DNA of 49,167 nucleotides from Chthoniobacterales bacterium (GTDB taxonomy: Bacteria > Verrucomicrobiota > Verrucomicrobiia > Chthoniobacterales > JACTMZ01): the NCBI GenBank assembly GCA_044343805.1, contig JBIJDZ010000005.1, positions 1 to 49,167 on the forward strand, written 5' to 3'. Below, piece after piece: positions 10,536-19,777 of the stretch. Below the pieces are notes generated by a model that made no database searches, had not been told where the DNA came from, and saw nothing but the letters and a program-made list of their open reading frames with translations. Numbering within the stretch: the first letter of the stretch is position 1; every line of letters starts with the position of its first letter. The position numbers and the translations under genes are program-made.

Positions 10536-10606
10536 AGCGGGCAGAGGGAATCGAACCCTCATAGCCAGCTTGGAAGGCTGGAGTTTTACCACTAAACTAT
10601 GCCCGC
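10536..10606 (-). tRNA. tRNA-Gly (anticodon TCC)
   Basis: Minus strand reads GCGGGCATAGTTTAGTGGTAAAACT-CCAGC-CTTCCAA-GCTGG-CTATGAGGGTTCGATTCCCTCTGCCCGCT. Confidence 0.96.
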
Positions 10607-10672
10607 GATGGTCAATGAATCGTCCGAGCAGGCTTGCCGGTCAAGGCCGTTTTACGGCACAAGAAGCAACAC

Positions 10673-11377
10673 ATGACTGAACCATCCACCGCGAACTCAT
10701 TACGTATCCTCTGGGCCTACGTGCTGCCGTTCGCGATTTTCATGGGCGGGCTTGCCGTCATCTCGCTCGTGCAGTCGTTCGCCCCAGAAGAAAACGCCCC
10801 GCTCTGGCTGGCCGAACCTAAGTATTGGGTCTTTCCTCTGCAGGCGGTGCTCTGCGGTGCGCTGTTGGTGTGGTTCTGGAAATCTTACGCGTGGGGCGCC
10901 CGGTGGCATGTTTTCACGGGGGTTCTCAGCGGCTTGATCGTCCTGGCCATCTGGATCGCACCGCAATGGCTGCTCGGTGCCGAGCGCCGCGCCGAGGGAT
11001 TCGACCCGATGATTTTCGCCGCTTCACCGCTTCTATTCTGGGGCACGGTAGCGCTGCGATTCCTGCGGCTGGTCGCGGTGGTCCCTTTGCTCGAGGAAAT
11101 TTTCTGGCGCGGGTTTTTGCTGCGTTACCTGATCAAGGAAGATTTCACCAAAGTGCCGTTCGGCACGTTCTCGTGGTTCTCCTTCGGCGTGGTCACGGCG
11201 ATGTTCGGCCTCGCGCACTTCGGCCCGGACTTCATTCCCGCGCTGCTGGCCGGCGCAATCTACAACTTGGTGGCCATCCGCACTAAGAGTTTGGCCTGCT
11301 GCGTGATCGCGCATGCGGTGACCAACCTCGGGCTGGGCCTCTACATCATGCAAACAGGTCAATGGGGGTTTTGGTAG
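10673..11377 (+). CDS. CAAX prenyl protease-related (CPBP) intramembrane metalloprotease
   Basis: VPLLEEIFWRGFL, FGLAH and AHAVTN motifs; multiple TM segments. Confidence 0.88.
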   Translation: MTEPSTANSLRILWAYVLPFAIFMGGLAVISLVQSFAPEENAPLWLAEPKYWVFPLQAVLCGALLVWFWKSYAWGARWHVFTGVLSGLIVLAIWIAPQWLLGAERRAEGFDPMIFAASPLLFWGTVALRFLRLVAVVPLLEEIFWRGFLLRYLIKEDFTKVPFGTFSWFSFGVVTAMFGLAHFGPDFIPALLAGAIYNLVAIRTKSLACCVIAHAVTNLGLGLYIMQTGQWGFW

Positions 11378-11480
11378 CCCACCATTCCACGGCGGGATCT
11401 CACCCTGTTCGATTGAGAGTTTTTCGTAGAAGCGACTTTCTCACTCAAGTTTTCCACTCAAGTCTCATCCTCCACTCCAA

Positions 11481-13112
11481 ATGAACGCCGGCCTCGCACA
11501 GATCAACACCACTGTCGGGGATTTTGCCGGCAATACGGACAAAATTCTCCGCGCCTACCGCGAACTGGTGGCGGCCGGGGCGGATTTTGTCGTCACGCCG
11601 GAACTGGCCGTCTGCGGGTATCCGCCGATGGATCTCGTCTTCCACTCCGGCTTCATCGCCGCGGCCGAGCGCCATGTGAACGCGCTGATGGTCGATACCG
11701 GCGACGTCCCGCTCATCGTCGGCACCGTCGAACCGAACTCCTCGCCACACGGCCGTCCGTGCCACAACAGCGCCGTCGTGCTGCAAAACGGCCGCCGTCT
11801 GGCCACCGCACACAAATCGCTTTTGCCGACCTATGACGTGTTCGACGAAGGGCGCTACTTCGAACCGGCCAACAAGGTGACCATGGTGAAAATTGCCGGC
11901 GTGAAAGCCGGCATCACCATTTGCGAAGATCTGTGGACGGCGGAATACCTGCCGCGCGATTACTACGGGCGCAGCCCGATCGACGAGCTGCAAAAGCAGG
12001 GCGTCGAACTGGTGATCAACCTGAGCGCCTCGCCCTTCGAAGCCGGCAAGCCCGCCAAACGCCGCGCCATGCTGTCCAAGATCGCCCGGCACGTGCACGC
12101 GCCGCTGGTCTATGCGAACACCGTCGGCGGCAACGACCAACTCGTCTTCGACGGGCACTCCCTCGCCTTCGACCGCGACGGCACGCTCGCTTCGCAATTT
12201 CCCGGATTCGAGGAGCACAACGAGATCGTCCGCCTACCTCCCGCCGCCCCCTTCCCGCTGGCGGAGCACTCCGATGTGGCCGATGTGCACGACGCGCTCG
12301 TTCTGGGTTTGCGCGATTACCTCGCCAAGTGCGGCTTCAAACAAGTCGTGATCGGTCTGAGCGGCGGCATCGATTCGGCCGTGACGGCGGCGCTGGCCGT
12401 CGAAGCACTCGGCTCGGAGAACGTGCTCGGCGTGACCATGCCCGGCCCGTATTCGTCGCCGGGCAGCATCGACGACTCGCTCACCCTCGCCCGCAATCTG
12501 GGCATGACCTGCCACCACATCCCGATCCAGCCCGGCTTCGCCGCGATGGAGGAACAACTGCGCGGGGTTTTTGCCGGGGAAAAACCCGACATCACCGAGG
12601 AAAATTTGCAGGCCCGGCTGCGGGGCATGACGCTCATGGCCGTCTCGAACAAGTTCAACCGCATGGTCATATCCACCGGCAACAAGAGCGAGTTGGCCGT
12701 GGGCTACTGCACCATCTACGGGGACATGGCCGGCGGCTTGGCCCTTCTCTCCGACGTGCCCAAGACGATGGTTTACCAACTGGCCGGACACATCAACCGC
12801 CACCGCGAAATCATCCCGCACAGCACCATCGCCAAGGCCCCCAGCGCCGAGCTGCGCGCCGACCAGAAAGACCAGGACACTCTCCCGCCCTACGATGTGC
12901 TCGACGAAATCCTGCGCCTTTACGTCGAGGAGCAGCTCACCGTGGACGAAATCTCCGGCCAAGGCTTCGAGCCCGACACCGTGCGCTGGGTGGCCGGGAA
13001 GGTAGATGCCAACGAATACAAGCGACAGCAGGCCGCACCGGGTATCAAGGTGACAACAAAAGCCTTCGGCATCGGACGCCGCGTCCCCATCGCCCAAAAA
13101 TTCCGCGCTTAA
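11481..13112 (+). CDS. nadE: Glutamine-dependent NAD+ synthetase
   Basis: Nitrilase domain (PEL, K-LLPTYDVFDE, ICEDLW) plus GLSGGIDS, TGNKSE and PSAEL. Confidence 0.96.
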   Translation: MNAGLAQINTTVGDFAGNTDKILRAYRELVAAGADFVVTPELAVCGYPPMDLVFHSGFIAAAERHVNALMVDTGDVPLIVGTVEPNSSPHGRPCHNSAVVLQNGRRLATAHKSLLPTYDVFDEGRYFEPANKVTMVKIAGVKAGITICEDLWTAEYLPRDYYGRSPIDELQKQGVELVINLSASPFEAGKPAKRRAMLSKIARHVHAPLVYANTVGGNDQLVFDGHSLAFDRDGTLASQFPGFEEHNEIVRLPPAAPFPLAEHSDVADVHDALVLGLRDYLAKCGFKQVVIGLSGGIDSAVTAALAVEALGSENVLGVTMPGPYSSPGSIDDSLTLARNLGMTCHHIPIQPGFAAMEEQLRGVFAGEKPDITEENLQARLRGMTLMAVSNKFNRMVISTGNKSELAVGYCTIYGDMAGGLALLSDVPKTMVYQLAGHINRHREIIPHSTIAKAPSAELRADQKDQDTLPPYDVLDEILRLYVEEQLTVDEISGQGFEPDTVRWVAGKVDANEYKRQQAAPGIKVTTKAFGIGRRVPIAQKFRA

Positions 13113-13116
13113 CTTC

Positions 13117-13749
13117 ATGCTCGCATTTCATTTCATCCTCATCGCCCTCGGCGCCTTCCTGCTCGGGTCCATCCCCACCGGCTACCTCGTGGCACGCGCC
13201 AAAGGCATCGACATCCGCCAGCACGGCAGCGGCAACATCGGAGCGACAAATGTATTTCGCACCTTGGGCAAACCACTCGGAGTGCTTGTGTTTTTCCTCG
13301 ACGCGCTCAAGGGTTTCGCCGCCGTGGCTGTGGCATCCGCGCTGGCTCCCGCGACCGGCGACACGGGCACATGGGCGGGAATCGTCGCCGCCGTTGCCGC
13401 CATCGCCGGGCACAACTACACGCCTTGGCTCGGCTTCCGCGGGGGCAAAGGCATCGCAACCTCCGCCGGCGTTCTGCTCGCGCTCATGCCTTTGGCCGTC
13501 CTTGCCATCGCCATCGTGTGGTTCCTCGTCTTTCAAATTTCCCGCTACGTTTCTGTCGCTTCCATCGCCGCCGCAGCGGCTTTGCCGGTGGCGATCGCCG
13601 CCTTTTGGCATTACGGCCTCGGCGGCAACGCGCCGCTGCTCGGCTTCGCCCTGCTCATTTCCTTGCTCGCCATCTGGCGCCACCGCTCCAACATTCAACG
13701 TCTGATGAACGGCACAGAGTCCCGCTTCCACCGCAAAACCGCCTCGTGA
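13117..13749 (+). CDS. plsY: Glycerol-3-phosphate acyltransferase
   Basis: GSGNIGATNVFR, GHNY...FRGGKGIAT and HRSNIQRL. Confidence 0.96.
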   Translation: MLAFHFILIALGAFLLGSIPTGYLVARAKGIDIRQHGSGNIGATNVFRTLGKPLGVLVFFLDALKGFAAVAVASALAPATGDTGTWAGIVAAVAAIAGHNYTPWLGFRGGKGIATSAGVLLALMPLAVLAIAIVWFLVFQISRYVSVASIAAAAALPVAIAAFWHYGLGGNAPLLGFALLISLLAIWRHRSNIQRLMNGTESRFHRKTAS

Positions 13750-14759
13750 AACAACCGCAATCCATCTCCGTCATCGGAGCCGGCGGCTGGGGCACCGCCC
13801 TCGCCCAACTCCTCTCGCAACACCATCTCCCCGTCACCATCTGGTCGCACGAGACCGAGCAGTCCGACGAAATCAATACCCGCCATACCAACAAGCGCTT
13901 CCTCCCCGGCGTGACTCTGGCCCAAAACGTCCGGGCTACGGACGACATGGCCGTCGCAGCCCAAGGCGACCTGATCGTCGTCGTGCCTCCCTCGGTGTTT
14001 TTGCAAAGCGTGGCGGAAAATCTCGGGCGCGCCGGGGTGCGGCCGGGCGTCCCGCTTGTCTGTTGCACGAAAGGTCTCGAGCACCACACCGGACGATTGA
14101 TGACCCAGGTGCTTTCGGCCGTTTTTCCCGACAATCCGGTGGCCGCCCTCTCCGGACCGAACCATGCCGAAGAAGTCGCTCGCGGCACACCCGCCGCCGC
14201 CGTCATCGCGGCGGAAGATCACGACTTGGCCAAGGATCTGCAAAAGTTTTTCTGCGCCGGCAATTTCCGCACCTATTCCAGCGACGACGTGCCCGGCGTC
14301 GAACTCGGCGGCGCGCTCAAAAACATCTACGCCATCGCGGCTGGTATCTCCGACGGCCTCGGCTTGGGCGATAATGCCAAAGCGGCCTTGGTGACGCGCT
14401 CGCTGGCCGAACTCGTGCGCCTCGGCACAAAGCTCGGCGGACAAAGCGAAACCTTCCACGGGCTGAGCGGCTTGGGCGACCTCATCGTCACCTGTTTCAG
14501 CGTGCACAGCCGCAACCGCGGCGTAGGCGAGCGCCTCGGACGCGGTGAATCATTGGCCGACATCCAGAAGTCGATGGTCATGGTGGCCGAGGGTGTACCA
14601 ACCGCGCGCAGCGCCTACGAGGAAGCGCGCAAAAACGGAGTGGATACACCGCTGCTCGACACGGTGCATGCCGTGCTGTTTGAAGGACTCTCGCCGCGCG
14701 AGGGTCTGCTGCGCCTGCTGGCGCGGGAACCCAAACCGGAGCACAATATAAACATATGA
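13746..14759 (+). CDS. gpsA: NAD(P)H-dependent glycerol-3-phosphate dehydrogenase
   Basis: GAGGWGTALA, LSGPNHAEEV, GALKNIYAIA and GLSGLGDLIVTC..SRN; GTG start overlaps the plsY stop. Confidence 0.96.
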   Translation: MKQPQSISVIGAGGWGTALAQLLSQHHLPVTIWSHETEQSDEINTRHTNKRFLPGVTLAQNVRATDDMAVAAQGDLIVVVPPSVFLQSVAENLGRAGVRPGVPLVCCTKGLEHHTGRLMTQVLSAVFPDNPVAALSGPNHAEEVARGTPAAAVIAAEDHDLAKDLQKFFCAGNFRTYSSDDVPGVELGGALKNIYAIAAGISDGLGLGDNAKAALVTRSLAELVRLGTKLGGQSETFHGLSGLGDLIVTCFSVHSRNRGVGERLGRGESLADIQKSMVMVAEGVPTARSAYEEARKNGVDTPLLDTVHAVLFEGLSPREGLLRLLAREPKPEHNINI

Positions 14760-15442
14760 TCCACAAGCACTTGTCCGCCGCCAAAAAAGGTTGGCATTCG
14801 TGGCTTGATTCCGACCACAGCCTGGCTGGGCTGCTTTTCTTCCTCCTGATTTACGGATTCATCATCTACCCGCTGGCCGGGGAAGAGGCGCGCTCGCATC
14901 CGGCTGCAGCCCTGTCATTCTCGCTCATTCTTGTCCTCGGGGTGATGTCCACCACCCAACAAAAACTCGCCCGGTTGGTCTTGACGGCGCTGGCCGTGAT
15001 CGCCTTCACGTCGCAATGGTTGCATTTCTTCATGGAGATTCACGCGGCGCAAATCGTTGCCACGGTGGCCGGGATCCTCTTTTTCTCCATGGTGAGTTGG
15101 CGCATCACCGCCCGAGTCTTCCGCAGCGGGAGCATCAATATTTACCGCATTTTAGGCGCCATCGCCGTCTATGTGCTCCTCGGGATCATCTGGGGCGAAA
15201 TTTACATTCTTTTCTACCTCCATCAGCCTGATGCTTTTTATTTTGATCCCGCAACGCAGATGAACGAGCCCCCGATTTCCGAGCTGGTCTATTTCAGCTT
15301 TGTTTCTCTCACCACCATGGGGTTCGGCGACATTCTCCCGGTTAATCCCATGGTGCGCTCACTGGCCACACTCGAGGGGCTGGTCGGGCAGATTTACCCC
15401 GCCGTACTCCTTGCCCGGCTGGTTACGCTCTACAAGAAGTGA
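14756..15442 (+). CDS. Potassium channel family protein (Ion_trans_2 pore)
   Basis: YFSFVSLTTMGFGDI selectivity-filter motif and EGLVGQIY; about 6 TM segments. Confidence 0.85.
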   Translation: MIHKHLSAAKKGWHSWLDSDHSLAGLLFFLLIYGFIIYPLAGEEARSHPAAALSFSLILVLGVMSTTQQKLARLVLTALAVIAFTSQWLHFFMEIHAAQIVATVAGILFFSMVSWRITARVFRSGSINIYRILGAIAVYVLLGIIWGEIYILFYLHQPDAFYFDPATQMNEPPISELVYFSFVSLTTMGFGDILPVNPMVRSLATLEGLVGQIYPAVLLARLVTLYKK

Positions 15443-15454
15443 CCACATTCGCGG

Positions 15455-15483
15455 TTGCACCCCGCGGGGTGCGCCCTTAGCGT
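15455..15483 (+). promoter_or_regulatory. Sigma70-type promoter of tatA, apparently leaderless
   Basis: TTGCAC-17 nt-TAGCGT, then 6 nt to ATG 15490; no Shine-Dalgarno. Confidence 0.55.
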
Positions 15484-15489
15484 ATGTGC

Positions 15490-15723
15490 ATGGACCCGCT
15501 CATTGCTTTCAGCACGCCCGGATGGCCGGAAATTCTCTTCATCCTCCTGATTATTCTTGTTCTGTTCGGAGCCAAACGCTTGCCGGAGTTGGCCCGCGGT
15601 CTCGGTCAAAGCCTCAACGAATTCCGCAAAGCCCGCGAGGAGCTCGACCGCGAGGTCAAAAAAACCGCCGAGACGATTAAGGCCACGGAAGCCCCCGGCA
15701 AGGAACCGCACAACCCCGCCTGA
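15490..15723 (+). CDS. tatA: Twin-arginine translocase TatA/TatE
   Basis: GWPEILFILLIILVLFGAKRLPELARGLGQSLNEFRKA. Confidence 0.95.
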   Translation: MDPLIAFSTPGWPEILFILLIILVLFGAKRLPELARGLGQSLNEFRKAREELDREVKKTAETIKATEAPGKEPHNPA

Positions 15724-15729
15724 GTTGAG

Positions 15730-16659
15730 GTGTTTTGGCGGCGCGTCATCTTAGCGTCCGCATTTGTCTGGCTCCTGCCATGGCACATAGCCGGAGCGGA
15801 ACCCCCGCCAAAGGGTGTAGTCTTCGTGACTTGGAATGTCCGTAATTACATCCTGAAGCCGCCCCTGGACGATCAAGGCAAACCCCTCAGCCCCGAGAAA
15901 AAATCCGCATCCATTGCCGCCATCGTGCAGACGCTCGGCGATCTGCGGCCGGATGTCATCGGCCTTTGCGAAATCGGCACGCGCCAGGATCTGGCCGACC
16001 TGCAAAATCGCCTGAAAAAAGCCGGACTCGATCTGCCTCACAGCACTTGGGTGGACAGCCCGGACCGCGACCGGCACTTGGCTCTACTGAGCCGGTTCCC
16101 CCTCGCCTCCAGCCAACATGTCCTTCAGGCGGAATTCAAGCTGGCGGGCATTTCCCGCGCCGTGCAACGGGGCATCTTGGATTGCACGATCCAAGTCTCT
16201 GACAACCTCCCGCTGCGCATACTCGGGGTGCATCTCAAGTCCCGCCGTATCGTGCCGGAGTTTGACCAGGCCGAATTTCGCCGCATGGAATCGATCATTT
16301 TGCGCGAGCACCTCGACGCCATTCTGACGAAAAACCCCGACGAGCCCGTGCTGGTTTTCGGCGATTTCAATGACACCAAAAACTCTCCCGTCATCCGCGG
16401 CATCGCAGGACGGAACGGCAGTCCGCGTGCCCTGACCATCCTGCCGCTGGCCGATGCCGCCGGCGACCAATGGACCTACCATTGGGACCAAAGCGACGAA
16501 TACAGCCGGGTGGACTATGTGATGGTCAGCCAAGCTCTCCTACCTTACGTCAACCTCGGCGCCTCCCGCGTCCACCGCGCCCCTGGCTGGCAAATCGCCA
16601 GCGATCACCGGCCATTGGTGGTAGCTTTGGATCTTCCTGCCACAAACCCGACACCATGA
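15730..16659 (+). CDS. Secreted endonuclease/exonuclease/phosphatase (EEP) family protein
   Basis: Signal peptide plus TWNV, DVIGLCEI, HLKS, GDFND, RVDY and SDHRP. Confidence 0.9.
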   Translation: MFWRRVILASAFVWLLPWHIAGAEPPPKGVVFVTWNVRNYILKPPLDDQGKPLSPEKKSASIAAIVQTLGDLRPDVIGLCEIGTRQDLADLQNRLKKAGLDLPHSTWVDSPDRDRHLALLSRFPLASSQHVLQAEFKLAGISRAVQRGILDCTIQVSDNLPLRILGVHLKSRRIVPEFDQAEFRRMESIILREHLDAILTKNPDEPVLVFGDFNDTKNSPVIRGIAGRNGSPRALTILPLADAAGDQWTYHWDQSDEYSRVDYVMVSQALLPYVNLGASRVHRAPGWQIASDHRPLVVALDLPATNPTP

Positions 16660-17732
16660 AAATACTCCTCCTGCTTTTGCTGGGCTCGGCATTGACGGAT
16701 GCCTGCGCGCAATCCGGGCCCGAACAGGCTTGGGCTCGTATTGCAGCACTGCGCCAAGGTCCCGGAACCCCGCCCGAGGGCGCTCCGGAAAAGGTCGTAC
16801 AGATCGCGCGCAACCACCTGCTTGCGCAGGAAAAAACCCTGGGCGACTTCATCACGCGCTATCCCGACGATCCCCGGCGCTTCGAGGCGGAGATCGAATA
16901 TGCAGCGGTGATGTCCTCGCTCGGCGTCTCGTTGTCCGACCGCACGCGTCTGGAAAAATCACTGCAACGTCTCGCCGCTTTGGAAAAAGCCAAGAGCACT
17001 CCCTCCAAAGTCAAAGCCGACGCCGCCTTCCAACGCATCACGACCACGATGCAAACGGTGAACATCGCCGCATCCGCCCGGCTGTCCGAGACCGCCAACG
17101 CCCGCAACACCATCCTCGAGTCGGCCGGGAATTTCGCCGCCCGCTACCCGGAGGATCGACGGGCCGCCCGTCTGTTGGCCGAGGTGGCCACGCTGTTCGA
17201 CGACCAGCCCTCACGCAAACGCAAGGTGCTCGAGCAAGCCTCGACCCTCGCGCGGGATGACGGGACCCGGCAGCGCATCAGTGACGACCTCAAACGACTC
17301 GCCCTCCTCGGCCAACCGCTCGATGTTTCCTTCCCCACCATGCAAGGAGGAAGCTACGCCACCTCATCCGAGCGCGGACGTGTGGTGGTGCTGGTTTTTT
17401 GGGCCTCCTGGTCCCCGCCCTCGGTGGCTTGGCTGGCGGAGTTTGCCGACTACGCGAAAAGCCTGCCCTCCGGCCGCGTCTCCATCGTCACCGTCAACCT
17501 CGACCGCGACCCAGCACACTGCCGGCAAACGCTGAAAAAATTGCAGGTTGAAAATTGGCCCACCTCATCGGAAGGCGACGGCTGGGAAAACAAGATCGCC
17601 CGCCAACTCGGGGTGAACGCCCTGCCGACCATTTTCATTTGCGACTCGCAGGGACGCTTACGCGTCCTCAATGCCCGTCAGGATTACGCCGCCGTCCTGC
17701 GCCAACTTTTGACCGAAAAACCCGCACCCTGA
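16656..17732 (+). CDS. Exported helical + TlpA-like thioredoxin-fold protein with SxxS replacing CxxC
   Basis: Signal peptide MKILLLLLLG, GRVVVLVFWASWSPPS, GWENKIARQLGVNALPT; ATG 16656 overlaps the upstream stop. Confidence 0.85.
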   Translation: MKILLLLLLGSALTDACAQSGPEQAWARIAALRQGPGTPPEGAPEKVVQIARNHLLAQEKTLGDFITRYPDDPRRFEAEIEYAAVMSSLGVSLSDRTRLEKSLQRLAALEKAKSTPSKVKADAAFQRITTTMQTVNIAASARLSETANARNTILESAGNFAARYPEDRRAARLLAEVATLFDDQPSRKRKVLEQASTLARDDGTRQRISDDLKRLALLGQPLDVSFPTMQGGSYATSSERGRVVVLVFWASWSPPSVAWLAEFADYAKSLPSGRVSIVTVNLDRDPAHCRQTLKKLQVENWPTSSEGDGWENKIARQLGVNALPTIFICDSQGRLRVLNARQDYAAVLRQLLTEKPAP

Positions 17733-17855
17733 CTTCGCGCACCCGCAGTCTGACGGGGAAACAAGATTGCCGGGGATCGGGTCGACGATGTTCTCGAGGT
17801 ATCGCGAAGTGATCTTTGCGCTCATAAATTGATTTAAATCCAAAGTCGGCTCGGC

Positions 17856-19595
17856 ATGATGCGCCGGATGCCGCTCGCAACATCAGCCCTGCCTCCGATG
17901 TTTTCGTTGCTGGCCTTGATGCTGGTGGCGGTCGTGGGAGTCTCGCTGCTGCTGCTGCGTCTGCGGCAATCGCTGCTCGTGGCTTATTTCCTCTGCGGCA
18001 TTGCCATCGCCAATACCGGGCTGATGGAGACCGTGGCCGGAGAGGGAGGCAAGGAAGCGATCGACCGTATGTCGGAATTCGGCGTGATGTGGCTGCTCTT
18101 CGTCATCGGGATGGATTTCTCGCTCAAAGAGCTGCGGCATCTCCAACGCTTTGCTTTCCAAGGAGGCGCAGCCCAAATGGCGCTGACGATGGCTGCGGCC
18201 GGCGCGGCGACGTGGGCATTCTTCGGATTCGACTGGCCGCAGGTTGTAGTTGTGGCCGTGGCGTGCGCGCTCAGCTCGACGGCCATCAGCGTGAAGCTTT
18301 ATCAAGACATGGGGATCGCCGCTAGCTCCGGGGCCCGTATGGCGCTGGGCGTGGCAATTTTCCAGGATCTTTTCATCATTGCCTTCCTCGTTCTTTTGCC
18401 CGCGCTGTTTCCCGCGACCGGAGTCGACGGCGAGTCGACGGGTACACTGCTTGTCTTCACGCTGGCCAAAGGGATCGCCTTCATCGGGATCTCCTGGCTG
18501 CTGGCCAAGCATGTCATCCCGCGCGTTCTCCATGCCGTCGCCGCAACTCGCAGCCGCGAACTGTTCACCCTGACCGTGGCCGGACTGTGCATCGGCGTGG
18601 CCTATCTGGCGGCCCTGATGGATCTCAGCCTCATTCTCGGCGCCTTTGTCGCCGGCGTGGCCGTGAGCGAGTGCATGTACAAACACCGGATCGTTTCGGA
18701 GGTTGGACCATTCAAAGACCTCTTTCTCACGATGTTTTTCGTATCGGTGGGTTTGGGAATCGACCTCGCAGCCTTGGCCGACGACTGGCTGCTGATCTTG
18801 TCGATCATCCTCCTGCTCATTCTGGGCAAAACATTGCTCGTCGGCCTGATTGCCCGTTTGCTTGGCTTGAACTGGCGCGCGGCCGTCGTTGCCGGCATAG
18901 GACTCGGCAGCGCGGGCGAGTTTTCCCTCGTCCTGATGAGCAAAACCTCCGCCATGACTGAGTGGGCCAACAACGGCAACGAACCCTTGCTGGCCGCCAT
19001 GGCTCTCTCGATGGCCATGGTGCCTCTGCTCATGCGCTCCGCTCCCGCGCTATCGGCCTGGCTCGAGAAACATTGCCCCACCCTATTGCAACGCCGACGC
19101 CCCGTGGAAAACCTGCCCCGGGGATCGGATCAGACACTCACGGATCACGCCGTTATCTGCGGTTACGGCCCGGTCGGACAACAACTGGCGGAAGCCCTCT
19201 GGGACCAAGGCATCCCGACCTTGGTCATCGACCTCAATGCCAACACCGTGCGCCAACTCCAAAGCAACGGACAGCCCGCCCTCTTCGCCGATGCCAGCCA
19301 GCCGGAAGTGTGGGACTTGAGCAACATTACCCGAGCGCGCCTCGTCGCTTTTACTTTTCCGGCCACGCCGGCCGTAGTCGCGGCCATGCATCTGATCCGC
19401 GAGCGCAACCCGGCTATCGCCATTGTGGTCCGCGCCGCTTTCAACAGCGATGCGCTGCGCTTGGCCGATGCAGGCGCCGATATCGTCGTGCAGGATGAAG
19501 AGGAAACCGCCCGGGCGACCGTCAACCGCACCTTGGCCGTACTGCACTTGGAACGGGGACAAACAGACCCCGGTGCAAAATCGGAGCAAAAATAA
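17856..19595 (+). CDS. CPA2 cation:proton antiporter with C-terminal TrkA-N/KTN domain (KefC/YbaL-like)
   Basis: ALSSTAI, IFQDL, LGAFVAG, PFKDLFL..FFVSVG, GEFSLVL and ICGYGPVG. Confidence 0.9.
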   Translation: MMRRMPLATSALPPMFSLLALMLVAVVGVSLLLLRLRQSLLVAYFLCGIAIANTGLMETVAGEGGKEAIDRMSEFGVMWLLFVIGMDFSLKELRHLQRFAFQGGAAQMALTMAAAGAATWAFFGFDWPQVVVVAVACALSSTAISVKLYQDMGIAASSGARMALGVAIFQDLFIIAFLVLLPALFPATGVDGESTGTLLVFTLAKGIAFIGISWLLAKHVIPRVLHAVAATRSRELFTLTVAGLCIGVAYLAALMDLSLILGAFVAGVAVSECMYKHRIVSEVGPFKDLFLTMFFVSVGLGIDLAALADDWLLILSIILLLILGKTLLVGLIARLLGLNWRAAVVAGIGLGSAGEFSLVLMSKTSAMTEWANNGNEPLLAAMALSMAMVPLLMRSAPALSAWLEKHCPTLLQRRRPVENLPRGSDQTLTDHAVICGYGPVGQQLAEALWDQGIPTLVIDLNANTVRQLQSNGQPALFADASQPEVWDLSNITRARLVAFTFPATPAVVAAMHLIRERNPAIAIVVRAAFNSDALRLADAGADIVVQDEEETARATVNRTLAVLHLERGQTDPGAKSEQK

Positions 19596-19596
19596 A

Positions 19597-19670
19597 CGGA
19601 GCCTACGGGGCTCGAACCCGCAACCTCTGCCGTGACAGGGCAGCGCTCTAACCAATTGAGCTAAGGCTCC
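19597..19670 (-). tRNA. tRNA-Asp (anticodon GTC)
   Basis: Minus strand reads GGAGCCTTAGCTCAATTGGTTAGAGCG-CTGCC-CTGTCAC-GGCAG-AGGTTGCGGGTTCGAGCCCCGTAGGCTCCG. Confidence 0.96.
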
Positions 19671-19777
19671 TCGAGAGCGGGTTAATAAAGCCCAGCCTAC
19701 CCCGCAACAAAAGCAATTTTTCAGGGCGGCCAATTTCTCGTGCGTTCGCGGGGCGGCGGTTTTAACCTTGCCCGCTC

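Noticed and set aside
11921-13705. 594-aa Arg/Pro-rich ORF, and similar long ORFs at 19976-21478, 31109-32446, 35287-36546 and 46271-47929
   Set aside because: Off-frame or antisense overlaps of conserved genes (nadE, hemL, accD, tlpA, fabF); typical high-GC artefacts.
17658-17843. Minus-strand 61-aa ORF containing CGCAKSGCG
   Set aside because: Overlaps the TlpA-like gene by 75 bp, with part of the Cys motif inside the overlap; no RBS, promoter or family support.
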